From IMG/VR virus record IMGVR_UViG_3300036945_000368, positions 16,031 to 80,030 of that record: DNA of 64,000 nt, one strand, 5' to 3'. Source of the stretch: a virus. Below the pieces are notes generated by a model. It worked only from the letters and a program-made list of their open reading frames with translations. It searched no databases and had not been told where the DNA came from. Of this stretch, positions 37,315-48,076 are shown piece after piece (position 1 is the stretch's first letter; each line of letters begins with the position of its first letter). The translations under genes and the position numbers were made by a program.

Positions 37315-37674
37315 TCAACCCTTTGTAGCAATAAGTTTGTACAAGGTTAATTCACCGTATGCTCTGTGTTCAATTAAGCTCTGCACTTCGAATGTTTCAC
37401 TACCTACTGTAATCTTATCTCTAACCGCAGGTACAAAACTTAAGGCATGATTAGCTAGATAAAATACTGCAGCACTTCTTCCAATTAAATCTGGAAAATT
37501 GTACTGATCAGTTTTTAAATGCTTCTTATACATTGTTACAGTATGTTCTGTAGTAGTATTTACTGTAGAACCAGTTTCAATATTATAAGTACCTTCGGTA
37601 ACTTGAAAGTATTGCATGGATTGACCATGCGTTTTTATCATCTTAACACTTGAAAGTAGAAACGGATTTGCCAT
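37315..37674 (-). CDS. head closure protein
   Basis: Position; G.YN.ETG motif. Confidence 0.7.
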   Translation of the reverse strand: MANPFLLSSVKMIKTHGQSMQYFQVTEGTYNIETGSTVNTTTEHTVTMYKKHLKTDQYNFPDLIGRSAAVFYLANHALSFVPAVRDKITVGSETFEVQSLIEHRAYGELTLYKLIATKG

Positions 37675-37682
37675 AATCAACC

Positions 37683-38087
37683 TCAAATATTAAATTGTAA
37701 TGAAGGCAAACCTGTAGTGTCTTGTGAAGGAACTGCCACAATATTATTGTCAGCGTTAGCATCATTAGCTGCCATATCTGATTTACTAATACCACCAGCA
37801 TAAGGCATAGCGTTAGTATAGATAGGGTTTAAATCTGGATTGCTAATATACATCTGCAAAGCTTGCATGAATTGTTTAGCGGATGAACTACCCTTAATAC
37901 TGAAGATATCTACAGTTTCATCTGGACGTAATGATAATTTCATTAACATGGATTTAGCAGCATCTAAAGATGATCTGCGAATAGACCATTCGTTTTTATC
38001 CAGAAAATAGCGATATTCTTCGTCAGACATTATAGGGAAGTTTACATCGGTATCACCGAGTTCTATGCGTAATGCTCGAATTGTCAT
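37683..38087 (-). CDS. head-tail adaptor
   Basis: LRIELGDT...MSDEEY..FL; directly after the capsid gene. Confidence 0.75.
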   Translation of the reverse strand: MTIRALRIELGDTDVNFPIMSDEEYRYFLDKNEWSIRRSSLDAAKSMLMKLSLRPDETVDIFSIKGSSSAKQFMQALQMYISNPDLNPIYTNAMPYAGGISKSDMAANDANADNNIVAVPSQDTTGLPSLQFNI

Positions 38088-38179
38088 GATGTATCCTTTA
38101 TAATAATTTCTTCTAATAGCCCATGTAGAATGAACCATTAGAAGAAAGCCTCCCGAAGGAGGCAATCTCGTATCTAATT

Positions 38180-39193
38180 TTAGTTAGATGTAGTGACCTT
38201 AACCACAGCGGCAGGGCGGCGAATCAAGTTTAAGAAATTGCTCTCTGTTTGAATTTGAATTTCGACATCCTTTGGATCTCTATAGGTAAATGCGTATGCT
38301 TCTTCACCTAAGGTGTTAACGTGACTGAAACGGTTAGCAGGAGAGAAATATGTCTTGAACATATCGCTTGTACCTGTAGGTAACATTACGCCTTCGCCAG
38401 CAGGGATGAGGGCTGAACCGTTGTAAGAACCACGGTATTCAATGTAAGTTACACCACCGTGTACGAAACGGCGGTATAAACCTGAACCGAGGCGTTGACG
38501 TAATGGCTCTTGTGTGCTAGTGTAATACTTGTAAGCCTCTTTAACAGTAGCGTGAGCGATTAACTTAGCGAAGAATGCTGGTGAGCAAAGAACGATTACT
38601 TCATTTACGACTTCACCAGTTAAGATGTTGTCTTGAATGTGAGCAATACCTTCTTCTGACTTAACTAAGAGGTCAGTTGTAGTAGTACCTAATACGAAGT
38701 CGATAGACTTTTGTGTAACACCGAAGTCAGTGAAGAAGTTACCAGAAACTGTACCGTTAGGAGCGTAGATAGCGCCAGTGGTAAGAGCATAGGCACGAGC
38801 AGCTTCAAGGGTGATAGCGTGGCTAGAACGGATACGCTCTAACTTACGTGCAGTAACAGCAGCTTCGGTTTCAGCAGCGTCTGCAGAACCGTAGGCACGT
38901 TTACCTTGGATATCTTGAGGCTTAATTGCGTCATCCAATGGGAAGTGAGGGATTGGGAATGAACGGAGGTTACGTGTGTCATCACTGTTCATAGTGTTAC
39001 GGGCACCGCGAACTTGGTCAGTAACGATACCTAATGTACCTTGTGTAGATTCAACTGTAACAGAGTGTTGTGAAACTGGCTCTGAAGAGAAGATGCCTAA
39101 TTCATTGATTAGACCCCATTTGTTAGGAACTAGTAAAAGTTCTTGCGTGTAGTCTACTAATTCAAATGGTTTGTCAAAACTGCGTACTTGCAT
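38180..39193 (-). CDS. major capsid protein (lambda gpE-like)
   Basis: 337 aa; F.IPHFP.DD.I...DIQG.R; TESN.L..IRRP; strongly biased codons. Confidence 0.92.
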   Translation of the reverse strand: MQVRSFDKPFELVDYTQELLLVPNKWGLINELGIFSSEPVSQHSVTVESTQGTLGIVTDQVRGARNTMNSDDTRNLRSFPIPHFPLDDAIKPQDIQGKRAYGSADAAETEAAVTARKLERIRSSHAITLEAARAYALTTGAIYAPNGTVSGNFFTDFGVTQKSIDFVLGTTTTDLLVKSEEGIAHIQDNILTGEVVNEVIVLCSPAFFAKLIAHATVKEAYKYYTSTQEPLRQRLGSGLYRRFVHGGVTYIEYRGSYNGSALIPAGEGVMLPTGTSDMFKTYFSPANRFSHVNTLGEEAYAFTYRDPKDVEIQIQTESNFLNLIRRPAAVVKVTTSN

Positions 39194-39227
39194 GTTATAT
39201 TTTCCTTATTATTTGTTAAGAGTTAGA

Positions 39228-39629
39228 TTAGATTGCATCGTTGCAATTGATACCTTTAACTTCGAGAGCAGCGTATACAGCGTTCTTCTCAGCAGTTAAA
39301 TCGTATGAAGCATCTAATACTAAACCAGCCTTAGATACGATAGCTGGACCTTTGATAAGGACAAGTACTTTAGTATCTGTAGCAGCGGCGATTGATTGCT
39401 CATCAATTACAATAGCGTCAGCTACTTGTGAACCGTCTGTAGCAGTTTGTACAGCGATTTTGTACTTGCCATCGGCAGTTACTTTACCGACTACGGTGCC
39501 GGGTACATATGACTTAGCAGCAGCTTCGTTAACAGTTACAACTGCACGAGTGTAACCAGTCTCTGCCCATAATTCTTGCTTAACTACGTTTGATAGACGT
39601 TTAGCTTCTGTTGCGAATGGATTTGCCAT
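39228..39629 (-). CDS. head decoration protein
   Basis: GTVVGKVT..GKY...DGSQ.A; upstream of the capsid gene. Confidence 0.85.
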   Translation of the reverse strand: MANPFATEAKRLSNVVKQELWAETGYTRAVVTVNEAAAKSYVPGTVVGKVTADGKYKIAVQTATDGSQVADAIVIDEQSIAAATDTKVLVLIKGPAIVSKAGLVLDASYDLTAEKNAVYAALEVKGINCNDAI

Positions 39630-39650
39630 TTTATTTTTCCTTTAAATATA

Positions 39651-40868
39651 TTATTTAGTATTTAGCTTGGCTTTTAATACTTTCGCCACAGCAGATTCTT
39701 GAACTTTAGGTTCTTCTTCTTGAGTTGAAGCACCCTTTTCAACAAACATCTCAGAGGTTTCTACAGTGGTCATCATAGCTTGCATAGCAGCTAAGAAGGC
39801 TGTGAAATCATCTTCAGATTCTAATGATAGAGCAGCCTTAGCGATTGCCTCTACTTTGCTTTCGTCTTTAACGATAGCTTTAACTTGTTCAGTCTTTGCT
39901 TTAGCGATAGCTTCTTTTTTAGCAGCTTCGTATTCAGCAATAACTTCTAAAGCTTTTTGTAACTCAACCTTTTGCTCTTCTAGGGCCTTCTGGATAAGTT
40001 CAAATTGAGCTTTTTCTACGGTTTCGATTTTTACATCTTCGTCCATCTTAGATTTCTCCAATTCTTCTTTGTTAACAGAGGTAGATACCTCTTCTTTAAT
40101 AACCTCGCATGCGGGTGAGGTATCAGTACCAGCTGCAGAAGCAGTAGGTTCGGATTCTTGAGTTAGAGACTTTTGTACTTTACTGAGAGTACCAGCTTTG
40201 TGACCAACGACTACATCAGTAGGTTCACCATCTCTATATAGCTTAATCATTACGGCAGGATTTTCTTCAGTGCCGTTTAGAATGAATTCTGTATCAGGAA
40301 CAGACATAGTGCCGTTACTTACAATTTTAGTAACTTTGCCTGTAGCTTGACCACCGCTAGAATTCCATTTCACCATATCACCAACTTTAGGTTTATAGGC
40401 TTTCTCAAGATTAGCAAAAGCTTTCTCAAGAGATTCTTGGTCATTCAGCATGGCTAGATATTCGGTTTCATCTAATTCTGCTAATACTGTAGCTAAACTT
40501 TCTGAATCATTGGCTGATTTTAAAATCTCAAATGCTTCGAGTTTAGATTGAATATAATCTTCATAATCTGCAGTCTTAGGTTCATCAGTAGCTTCTGGCT
40601 TTTCATAGCCCATCATACGGGCAAGAACTTCTGCATCTTCATAATATACGGAAAAGAACTTACGTAGAAAATCTGGCAACTCCATAGTTACTCGAACTTG
40701 TTGCATCTTCTGGATAAATTCTTCGCTAAATTTATTTGCTTTTAGAACCAGAGCATAATCATGGTTATTAGCAGGACCACCTTGTGACTTAGCAGTAAGG
40801 GCTACGTGAGCGCCTTCTTTTTCAAAGCTAATGTCAGAAAGTTTACGCTTTGCTTTACGTTGTGTCAT
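39651..40868 (-). CDS. capsid scaffold/assembly protein with internal Tudor-like (DUF2945-like) insert
   Basis: Acidic coiled coil; insert KVGDMVKWNSSGGQATGKVTKI. Confidence 0.7.
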   Translation of the reverse strand: MTQRKAKRKLSDISFEKEGAHVALTAKSQGGPANNHDYALVLKANKFSEEFIQKMQQVRVTMELPDFLRKFFSVYYEDAEVLARMMGYEKPEATDEPKTADYEDYIQSKLEAFEILKSANDSESLATVLAELDETEYLAMLNDQESLEKAFANLEKAYKPKVGDMVKWNSSGGQATGKVTKIVSNGTMSVPDTEFILNGTEENPAVMIKLYRDGEPTDVVVGHKAGTLSKVQKSLTQESEPTASAAGTDTSPACEVIKEEVSTSVNKEELEKSKMDEDVKIETVEKAQFELIQKALEEQKVELQKALEVIAEYEAAKKEAIAKAKTEQVKAIVKDESKVEAIAKAALSLESEDDFTAFLAAMQAMMTTVETSEMFVEKGASTQEEEPKVQESAVAKVLKAKLNTK

Positions 40869-41662
40869 TATTCTTCCTCTTCAATTGTTTCGACTGATGC
40901 TAAAGCACCAATACTTAAACCGTTAATATCACCGGACTTGATTAATTCCCATAGACCATCATCAAGGGATTGCACTGTAGCTAACCAAGTGCCTTTCTTA
41001 ACGAATTTATCGCCAAGAACAAAATCAGTAGGACAGCAATAACTTTCACAGAACTCAAAAGTACTTGTCTCAACTAAGTGAAACAAATTAGCCTTCATAG
41101 AATATTTATTAAAGTTATGACAGGCTTTACGAACTTCCGCTTCTGTAGTGGTATCACCGTGGGCATCAACCTCATCAGGAACCATGACAATAAAAGTTGC
41201 TTGTTTTAATTCTTCATCAACAGATTTAGTGATACTTAATTTTTCACCTAAGATTTCGTCTTCTGAATTTAATTCTGCTTCTGTAATTTCTTTAGTATAA
41301 GATTTTACAATCTCTTCCTTCTTCAGGATAGATCGTGCCCATGCTAAACCTGCAGAACCACCCCAAAGTAACCAAGCGACAGTTCCAGCTGTAGGACCGC
41401 CATCAGGCATTTTCTTTTTAGGTGCATAGTTGTTCTCATGGCGACTAAAGAATGAATACATGCGTTTGACGGATTCTAGCGAAAGATTACCATTGATAAT
41501 ATCTCTAGCTCTGGCTACACCAGAACCTACACCAGCATCACTAGCTTGAGAGGAACTTAATCCACCTCTGTTCCATTTTTCACGTAAGGCTAAACCTCTC
41601 CGTGCATTATTTCGCATTGCATCTGTGGGAGCAAAGCTTTTAGCTTTATTAATTGTTTCCAT
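40868..41662 (-). CDS. prohead serine protease (XkdF-like) with extra N-terminal domain
   Basis: VMVPDEVDAHGD...H...KGTW...W..IKSG.INGLSIG. Confidence 0.85.
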   Translation of the reverse strand: METINKAKSFAPTDAMRNNARRGLALREKWNRGGLSSSQASDAGVGSGVARARDIINGNLSLESVKRMYSFFSRHENNYAPKKKMPDGGPTAGTVAWLLWGGSAGLAWARSILKKEEIVKSYTKEITEAELNSEDEILGEKLSITKSVDEELKQATFIVMVPDEVDAHGDTTTEAEVRKACHNFNKYSMKANLFHLVETSTFEFCESYCCPTDFVLGDKFVKKGTWLATVQSLDDGLWELIKSGDINGLSIGALASVETIEEEE

Positions 41663-41690
41663 GCTCACCTCTTATAAGTATATAAACATA

Positions 41691-41719
41691 ATTATATCAC
41701 ATTTTTATTAAAAAATCAA
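41691..41719 (-). promoter_or_regulatory. sigma70-type promoter for head genes
   Basis: TTGATT-17-TATAAT with TG. Confidence 0.7.
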
Positions 41720-41760
41720 GAGGAATTTATTATAATACCTCCTGATTTGATATAAAAGAG

Positions 41761-42156
41761 TTAAATAGTACTTGCTTCAGCTTCAGGTTCTACTACAGGC
41801 TCTTCAACTGCCCAAGGCATCTTAGTAACTTCTAGATTAGCTTTAGCAACTTCTTTATCTAATACTAACTGAATATGAGCCTTAATACCTAAGATACGAG
41901 TATCAGTATTTTCAATCCAAGTTTGTACTTCAGTTTCTGTTAGAGAAGTGATAGGAATAAATAGCTTAGATGTAGGGTCAGGTAATTGGGTAGTTTGAGG
42001 TAATTCAAAAGTCTGACCTTTTTCCTTACCTATCATAACCCACTCAACTTCTTTAACTACGTTAGTCTGTTTACCTAAGGTTGTAGTCCGTAATCCAGTT
42101 ACTTTAACAGTAAAGTCTGCTGTAAAATCTGTAGGTTGTGCGGCTGCTTCAATCAT
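41761..42156 (-). CDS. fibre-associated/assembly protein
   Basis: NVVKEVEW...FIP...LTE.EV..WIE...PW; follows a fibre gene. Confidence 0.6.
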   Translation of the reverse strand: MIEAAAQPTDFTADFTVKVTGLRTTTLGKQTNVVKEVEWVMIGKEKGQTFELPQTTQLPDPTSKLFIPITSLTETEVQTWIENTDTRILGIKAHIQLVLDKEVAKANLEVTKMPWAVEEPVVEPEAEASTI

Positions 42157-45100
42157 TTGTTATCTCCAATAAGGGTTTCAATAAGGGCTTCAAGTCTTTC
42201 AATTCGACTGCGAAGTTCTACGTTATCTTTAGCTAATTCTACGGTAGAAGCAAGAGCCGCACCGCCATAATTAACCGCAAGTGTTTGCATATCATCTTTA
42301 GCAGTTGTAATTGCCTCAGGTAATAAGTTCTGGAAGGACTGTGCGCCTACACCAACTTGTGTAATTTGATCACAATCAGTTCTATCATAAATACCTACCT
42401 TTACCTTAGCTAATCTGGCTACGTAATTTTTTGGCATATCTCGCCAATTAGTTTTTAAACGTTCGTCAGAATATGCTGTGACGTTTCCAGATGCACGGAT
42501 ATCTGTCGATAAAGCGCACATGAATCCACCGTTTTGTAATAGGAGTAAACCGTGAGATGAGAGGTTTCCAGCAGCACCGCCAGCGTTAGGATGTGACCAA
42601 GCCATACCATATAGGTTACCAGTAGTAGTTCCATCTGCAGGAAGTTTGTAGCTATCACCCATTGCAAACACGCCTTGGTAACGATACGAACTATATGCAC
42701 CAACTACACCATTACCGTAGTTGTCGTCAATATACATGTTACCGTTAGCTCTTTGCGAACGAGCAGCATATGCTACAGATTGAGAACTAATATTTTGACT
42801 TGAAATAGCATAAGCCCAAGATTGGAAGGTTCCACTACCTTGATAACTTCTAAACCATAAGTTGTTATCATAATAGCTCATAGCTACTTGAAAACCGTGG
42901 TAGTTTCCTTGGTTACTATGTCGAACGTTAATTGAGTTGTACCAAGTAGCACTAGGCCAGTTTGACCCGCCGCCATCATTCTCATAGAAACCACTATTTT
43001 GCCAAGAGTTAGCGTTGTTGTGGCTCGCAATAAAACTGCCACCATTAAACCAAGATGGTCTGTCTGACAGTGTAGTCACACTCTGTGTATGGCTTGCAGA
43101 GGCAGCGTAGCTCGTGTAATTTCCTGCATGTAACACTTGGTTACCGTTGTCGTAAATTCCAACAGCACGTAAAGGTTTACTACCATTTGCTCCCGTGCCA
43201 ATTCTCACTTCGGAACCTCTTACATAAACCAATTCAAGAGGGTCGTTAGCATCTCCGCTATTCAAGGTGTCAAAGTAACCGTTGTTACCCTGAATACCAT
43301 ATGCAGTATTGCCACTTGGGTAAAGATTGGTAAAGTTGAGGTTTCCGCTTAGCGTTCCTCCGCTCAAAGGCAGTGCATAAGAGCTGTAATTCTGGTTAGT
43401 TAGTACTCGGTTCCACGTTTGCCACGAAGCACCGTTCCAGCCACCACGGAAGATTAAATCATTGCCTGCATGACTGATATAAACTTGCGCTTGCGCAGAA
43501 GATTGTGCTGAGAGATTTAATAATAGTCCGTACTGATAACCTGCCGCAGTAGGGCCACTAGTAGTAGAAGCAAAATTAGATGTATCTATCTGCTCGACTG
43601 TGTTTGGATATGAATTACCAAGACTATTCCAGTCAGCACTGCCAGAGGCATAACCAATGGAGCGCAGGTACGTGTTATTTAAATAACCTGCGTAGTTGTC
43701 ACTAGCAAGCAGCGTTTTCCAACCAGTCCAAGCATTTCCACTGGACACGTTGTAGTTACCAAATCTAACCTGTAAGCTGTCGCCACCGTTACTTGGGCCA
43801 TAGGGGACATACATCTGCAAAGACCCGCCACCACCTGAGTAGGTACGCATAGTCATTACAGAACCGTAATTCTGCCAAGCTCCTTCACCAGCCGCAGGTC
43901 CAACAAACGCAGCCTGAAGCCCCGCGCTGTAACTTGTCGGTAGTGTGCTTTGAGACCAGACGTAGCTACCCAATGCCGCAAGCAATGGAGTAGAAGTTGC
44001 AGTTGTAGCTGCTCCAGCAGTTAAACTAGCCGCTGTACCTGTAAGCCCTGTGCCGGGTCCAATGTGGTTAGTCGCTGTTATTGACCCGCTCAACGTGCCA
44101 CCACTTAAAGGTAAGGCGTAGGAGCTGTAGTTGCCCGCGTGCAGAATTGCGTTACCGCCCAGCTCACCAGATGAGCTACCCGTCAGCCTCAAACCGCCTT
44201 GGCTCGTGTAGCCTCCACGCCAAGTCAGGACAAAAGGAACTTTAGCCCCACCAGCAGCGTCTGACGTCAGTGGAGCTTCCCAGCTATTGATTGAGCTGTC
44301 TGAGAAAATCCAACCCGTGTTGTACGTTCCAGAACCAGCGCCTCTGAAGTTAATTGCCGACGCATTGTTAAGGCCGATATAACTGGCATTGCCGCCACTC
44401 AAAGGCAGGTAGCTAGATAAAGCAGCACTAGTAATATATCCATTAGGATTACCACTGCTATAAGGAGTATAACCTAATGCTGTGGTAATCTGACTTGAAG
44501 TAATGCCAGTTAAATAAGTGCTAGTGTCTAATGTCCATGTATCAGCAGCTGTTTTCTTTAAGAAACCAGAAGTACCACCAAGACCTGCAATAGCAGTTAA
44601 ATCGCCATCTTGAGGTTGGTAGCTAGTTGTATCTAAAGCCCAAGTATTTAAGGCTGTTTTCTTTAAGATACCTGCTGTGCCACTTAGTCCAGCGATAGAA
44701 GTTAAGTCAGCGTCTACTGGTTGATAAGTAGATGCAGCATTTGTTGTAGTAAGATAAGTATTTGTATCTAAGGACCATGTATTAGCAGCTGTTTTAGTCA
44801 AGATACCAGACGTACCTGTAAGCCCACCAATGGCTGTTAAGTCAGCGTCAATAGGTTGGTAGCCACTTAGATTAATAGCTCCCCATGAAGCCGTAGAACC
44901 ATCTGTAGTGAGGTATTTACCTGTGTTACCTGTCTGATCTGGTAAACCGCTGGCGCTACCATTTGCAACGGATGTAATGCGACCATCAGCACCTACAGTA
45001 ATGTTTGCATTAGTATAACTGCCTGCAGTAGCTCCTGTAGAGCTAAGAGTAGTCGTAATATTACCTGTACCAGAACCAGTAATAGCTCCAGTCAGATTAA

Positions 45101-45263
45101 TAGTTTGTAAACCTGATTGGAAATAATCAATAGTGTTATCTACTTTTTTGTAGAAGAGTTTACCATCGTTGTAGTTAAGCGCTAACTCACCGTAGTCAAC
45201 ATCACCCGCGACAGGAACCTTGCTAGGTACTGATGAGCGTTTTAGGGAAATCTTATTTGCCAT
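42153..45263 (-). CDS. long tail/virion fibre with C-terminal S74 chaperone
   Basis: LKRS...GELALN..DGKLF N-terminus; DADLTAI repeats; LPLSGG modules; YSDERLK. Confidence 0.85.
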   Translation of the reverse strand: MANKISLKRSSVPSKVPVAGDVDYGELALNYNDGKLFYKKVDNTIDYFQSGLQTINLTGAITGSGTGNITTTLSSTGATAGSYTNANITVGADGRITSVANGSASGLPDQTGNTGKYLTTDGSTASWGAINLSGYQPIDADLTAIGGLTGTSGILTKTAANTWSLDTNTYLTTTNAASTYQPVDADLTSIAGLSGTAGILKKTALNTWALDTTSYQPQDGDLTAIAGLGGTSGFLKKTAADTWTLDTSTYLTGITSSQITTALGYTPYSSGNPNGYITSAALSSYLPLSGGNASYIGLNNASAINFRGAGSGTYNTGWIFSDSSINSWEAPLTSDAAGGAKVPFVLTWRGGYTSQGGLRLTGSSSGELGGNAILHAGNYSSYALPLSGGTLSGSITATNHIGPGTGLTGTAASLTAGAATTATSTPLLAALGSYVWSQSTLPTSYSAGLQAAFVGPAAGEGAWQNYGSVMTMRTYSGGGGSLQMYVPYGPSNGGDSLQVRFGNYNVSSGNAWTGWKTLLASDNYAGYLNNTYLRSIGYASGSADWNSLGNSYPNTVEQIDTSNFASTTSGPTAAGYQYGLLLNLSAQSSAQAQVYISHAGNDLIFRGGWNGASWQTWNRVLTNQNYSSYALPLSGGTLSGNLNFTNLYPSGNTAYGIQGNNGYFDTLNSGDANDPLELVYVRGSEVRIGTGANGSKPLRAVGIYDNGNQVLHAGNYTSYAASASHTQSVTTLSDRPSWFNGGSFIASHNNANSWQNSGFYENDGGGSNWPSATWYNSINVRHSNQGNYHGFQVAMSYYDNNLWFRSYQGSGTFQSWAYAISSQNISSQSVAYAARSQRANGNMYIDDNYGNGVVGAYSSYRYQGVFAMGDSYKLPADGTTTGNLYGMAWSHPNAGGAAGNLSSHGLLLLQNGGFMCALSTDIRASGNVTAYSDERLKTNWRDMPKNYVARLAKVKVGIYDRTDCDQITQVGVGAQSFQNLLPEAITTAKDDMQTLAVNYGGAALASTVELAKDNVELRSRIERLEALIETLIGDNK

Positions 45264-45312
45264 TTTGATCCTTAATAAAGGTAATAAGGGCGGTAAAAAC
45301 CGCCCTGTTTAA

Positions 45313-47676
45313 TTAGTATGTACCACCGTCTAAGTCTGCCCAAACTGGCAAACCACTTCCATTAATTTGCAGCACTTTACCATTTGTGCCTGCTGAAAGT
45401 TTTGCTAAAGTATTGCTACCTGAAGCATAGATTATATCACCAATCGAATAACTTGTCAACCCTGTACCGCCTTTAGCGGTTGCAATAGTATCAGCAGACC
45501 AAGTACCTGTAGTAACGACACCTAATGTAGTAATGCTTGTCTGACCTGCATAGTTACTGGCAATATCAATTGCATCAGCTCCTACTGTGATTCTGTTAGC
45601 AGTACCAACCGCATTAATTACTCCACCAGTAAAGGTTAAACCGTTACCAGCAATGCCTGTATGCAATTGTAGTGCGTTAGCTCCTGAGAACTCTAATCCA
45701 CCGCTTACAGCAAGCTTAGTTGAAAAGGTAGTACCTGTTAAATCTAGACCAGCACCAGCATTGTATGTACCAGCACCAGAGAACTGAGTCCATACAAGAG
45801 GGTCTGTACCAATTACATCTACTGTAGCAGTTTGAACCCAACCTGTACTACCATTAGTTCCACCGCCAACTACGAATACGAAATCACCGCCTTGAATGTC
45901 TAAATCAGAGTCGAAAAGTGAATCACGAGTGAGTACAGTACTACTAGTTAAAACATAAATACCATTATGAGCAGCGTTAGCTTGATTCTTAACTAAGACT
46001 CGTGCAACACCGTAACCTAAACCAGCACCTAATAGATCAACTCCGTCAAATGGATAGCCAGTTACATAAGAACCTGTAGTTGTTAATGTAGCGCCTACTC
46101 CAGAAGCTCCGTTATTATACGTAACAGTACCACCAGACATAATAGCCAAAGTATTTGTTGTGGCGGCATCTACACCGTCTTGTACATGCAAACCTTGAGC
46201 AGAAACAGTATCTACATAAAGCTTAGTTGCTGCATCTGTATCAGCCGTCGGTTCGGCAAGACCTGTAATGCGTTTATTGCTTACATCAACTGTACCTGTA
46301 CCTGTTGGAGCTAATACTACGTTTCCGTTAGTATCTGTAGCACCAATAGTATTACCATTAATGTTAATATTATCAACTTGTAATTCTGTTAAGCCAGCTA
46401 GACTTGTAATAGTGCTACCTAAGGTAACGCTGCTTGAGCCAATAGTAACACCAGAATAAACTAACTTATCATTAGTAATACCTGCATCTTTAATGATTAC
46501 GTCACCAGCAGTTACAGCAAAGTTTGCTGCGTTAAAAGTAGCAACACCTTTATTGGTAGTTGATGCATCTTCTGCAGAGATAGTAATACGGTTATTTACG
46601 CCGCTGATGATTGTGTCAATACCTTCACCACCGATGAAGCTTAATGTCTCACCGTTATTAAATACGTCCGGTGTGCCAGTATCAGCCGCTAATGTAAATG
46701 ATGTTGAGATAGCTGCTGTAGCTACGTTAGTTACAAGACCTTTGGCATTTACTGTAACTACAGGTACATTAGTTGTTGAGCCAAATGTACCGACTGTACT
46801 ATTAACAGTGTCTAAGACTACGGAAATACTTGTATTGCCTAAGTTAGTCATAGTAGCAGAACCGTCTGCATCGCCAGTAATAGTGATTGTAGGACTATTG
46901 ACTGCGAAATCTAACTTACCATTTGTGTCATCATAAGATACTGTAATACCAGCTTCGGTATTAGTAGACACCATTGCGCCTACGATATCTTGGATTGATT
47001 CGTGATTTAAACTTACAGCACCAGCATTGATTGTGAAATCAGTACTGTCAAATGAAGCTGCACCTTTTTGTGTAGCAGTAGCATTCTTGATGGAAAGTGT
47101 TACAGTATCTGTAGTGATAGCTGTATCTAAGGCATCGACACCAACGAACGTTAATGTTGAACCTGTACTAAAAGATTCAGAACCAGTGTCACCAGCAATC
47201 GTAAAATCACTAGGTGGTAGACTAGACCATGAGGTTACACCTGCACCATCTGTTTTTAAATATTGTCCATTAGTACCAGTAATATTAGGAAATGATTGAC
47301 CACTTAAAAATACATGACCTGAACCATTTGGCACTAAATTCACATTACCATTAGCGTCTAAGGCTGAGATAGTGTTACCATTGATATCGATATTATCGAT
47401 TTTGATGTTATCTAGTCTACCATTGGAATCGGTAATTAAAGCTGAACTTACAGCTAACGTACCTTTCGTATGATCTAACATATCGGTAAAATACTTACCA
47501 CCGATAACTACGTGATTAACCGCATTACCGTTAGTTTCTGTACCCATACCAATATATAATCGGTCACCACCGTTACTACCGTTATCTATTAAGGCTGAAT
47601 ATGCTAATTCACCTTGTGCAAGCACAGAAGGATTACCAGAAACCTCTGAGCGCTTAATTCTTACAATTGATGCCAT
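45313..47676 (-). CDS. fibre-like virion structural protein
   Basis: IKRS...QGELAY N-terminus; Gly/Thr-rich; DAATKLYVD; ends DGGTY. Confidence 0.75.
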   Translation of the reverse strand: MASIVRIKRSEVSGNPSVLAQGELAYSALIDNGSNGGDRLYIGMGTETNGNAVNHVVIGGKYFTDMLDHTKGTLAVSSALITDSNGRLDNIKIDNIDINGNTISALDANGNVNLVPNGSGHVFLSGQSFPNITGTNGQYLKTDGAGVTSWSSLPPSDFTIAGDTGSESFSTGSTLTFVGVDALDTAITTDTVTLSIKNATATQKGAASFDSTDFTINAGAVSLNHESIQDIVGAMVSTNTEAGITVSYDDTNGKLDFAVNSPTITITGDADGSATMTNLGNTSISVVLDTVNSTVGTFGSTTNVPVVTVNAKGLVTNVATAAISTSFTLAADTGTPDVFNNGETLSFIGGEGIDTIISGVNNRITISAEDASTTNKGVATFNAANFAVTAGDVIIKDAGITNDKLVYSGVTIGSSSVTLGSTITSLAGLTELQVDNININGNTIGATDTNGNVVLAPTGTGTVDVSNKRITGLAEPTADTDAATKLYVDTVSAQGLHVQDGVDAATTNTLAIMSGGTVTYNNGASGVGATLTTTGSYVTGYPFDGVDLLGAGLGYGVARVLVKNQANAAHNGIYVLTSSTVLTRDSLFDSDLDIQGGDFVFVVGGGTNGSTGWVQTATVDVIGTDPLVWTQFSGAGTYNAGAGLDLTGTTFSTKLAVSGGLEFSGANALQLHTGIAGNGLTFTGGVINAVGTANRITVGADAIDIASNYAGQTSITTLGVVTTGTWSADTIATAKGGTGLTSYSIGDIIYASGSNTLAKLSAGTNGKVLQINGSGLPVWADLDGGTY

Positions 47677-47686
47677 ATCTTATCCT

Positions 47687-48076
47687 TTAATAGTGGCCTG
47701 ATTCTAGGCTCTGATTTGTTAGCTGAGTGTTGGCTACCCACTTCTGCTGCTGACTTGAAAAAATTAATAACGAACCGTCTTGAAGGTATGAAACGTCCAC
47801 ATCAGGTGCAGCACTAATGCTCATTGACTCTCCAGTATCACCTTTTGGACCCGTAGGCCCAATCGGTCCTTGAGCGCCTTGAGTAATTACTTGTGTTTCT
47901 TGTTCAATTGTTAAAATTGTATCTACTTGACTATCATCTACAAGAATAGTCTCTGCTTCTGTAACGACTACAATATCTGGTGTAGAAGTGTCATCTTGTG
48001 TAATGATAACACTAATAGGTGTATTATCTACAACTACAGTTTCTAGGTCGTTGACGATAATAACATCAGTTGTCAT
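47687..48076 (-). CDS. virion protein with short collagen-like (GxY) repeat
   Basis: QGAQGPIGPTGPKGDTG. Confidence 0.65.
   Translation of the reverse strand: MTTDVIIVNDLETVVVDNTPISVIITQDDTSTPDIVVVTEAETILVDDSQVDTILTIEQETQVITQGAQGPIGPTGPKGDTGESMSISAAPDVDVSYLQDGSLLIFSSQQQKWVANTQLTNQSLESGHY

Noticed and set aside
1891-47299. Numerous antisense or alternate-frame ORFs (e.g. 1891-2193, 4186-4485, 23884-24213, 39241-39555, 46493-46936)
   Set aside because: Shadows of well-supported genes with biased codon usage; no SD or recognisable motifs
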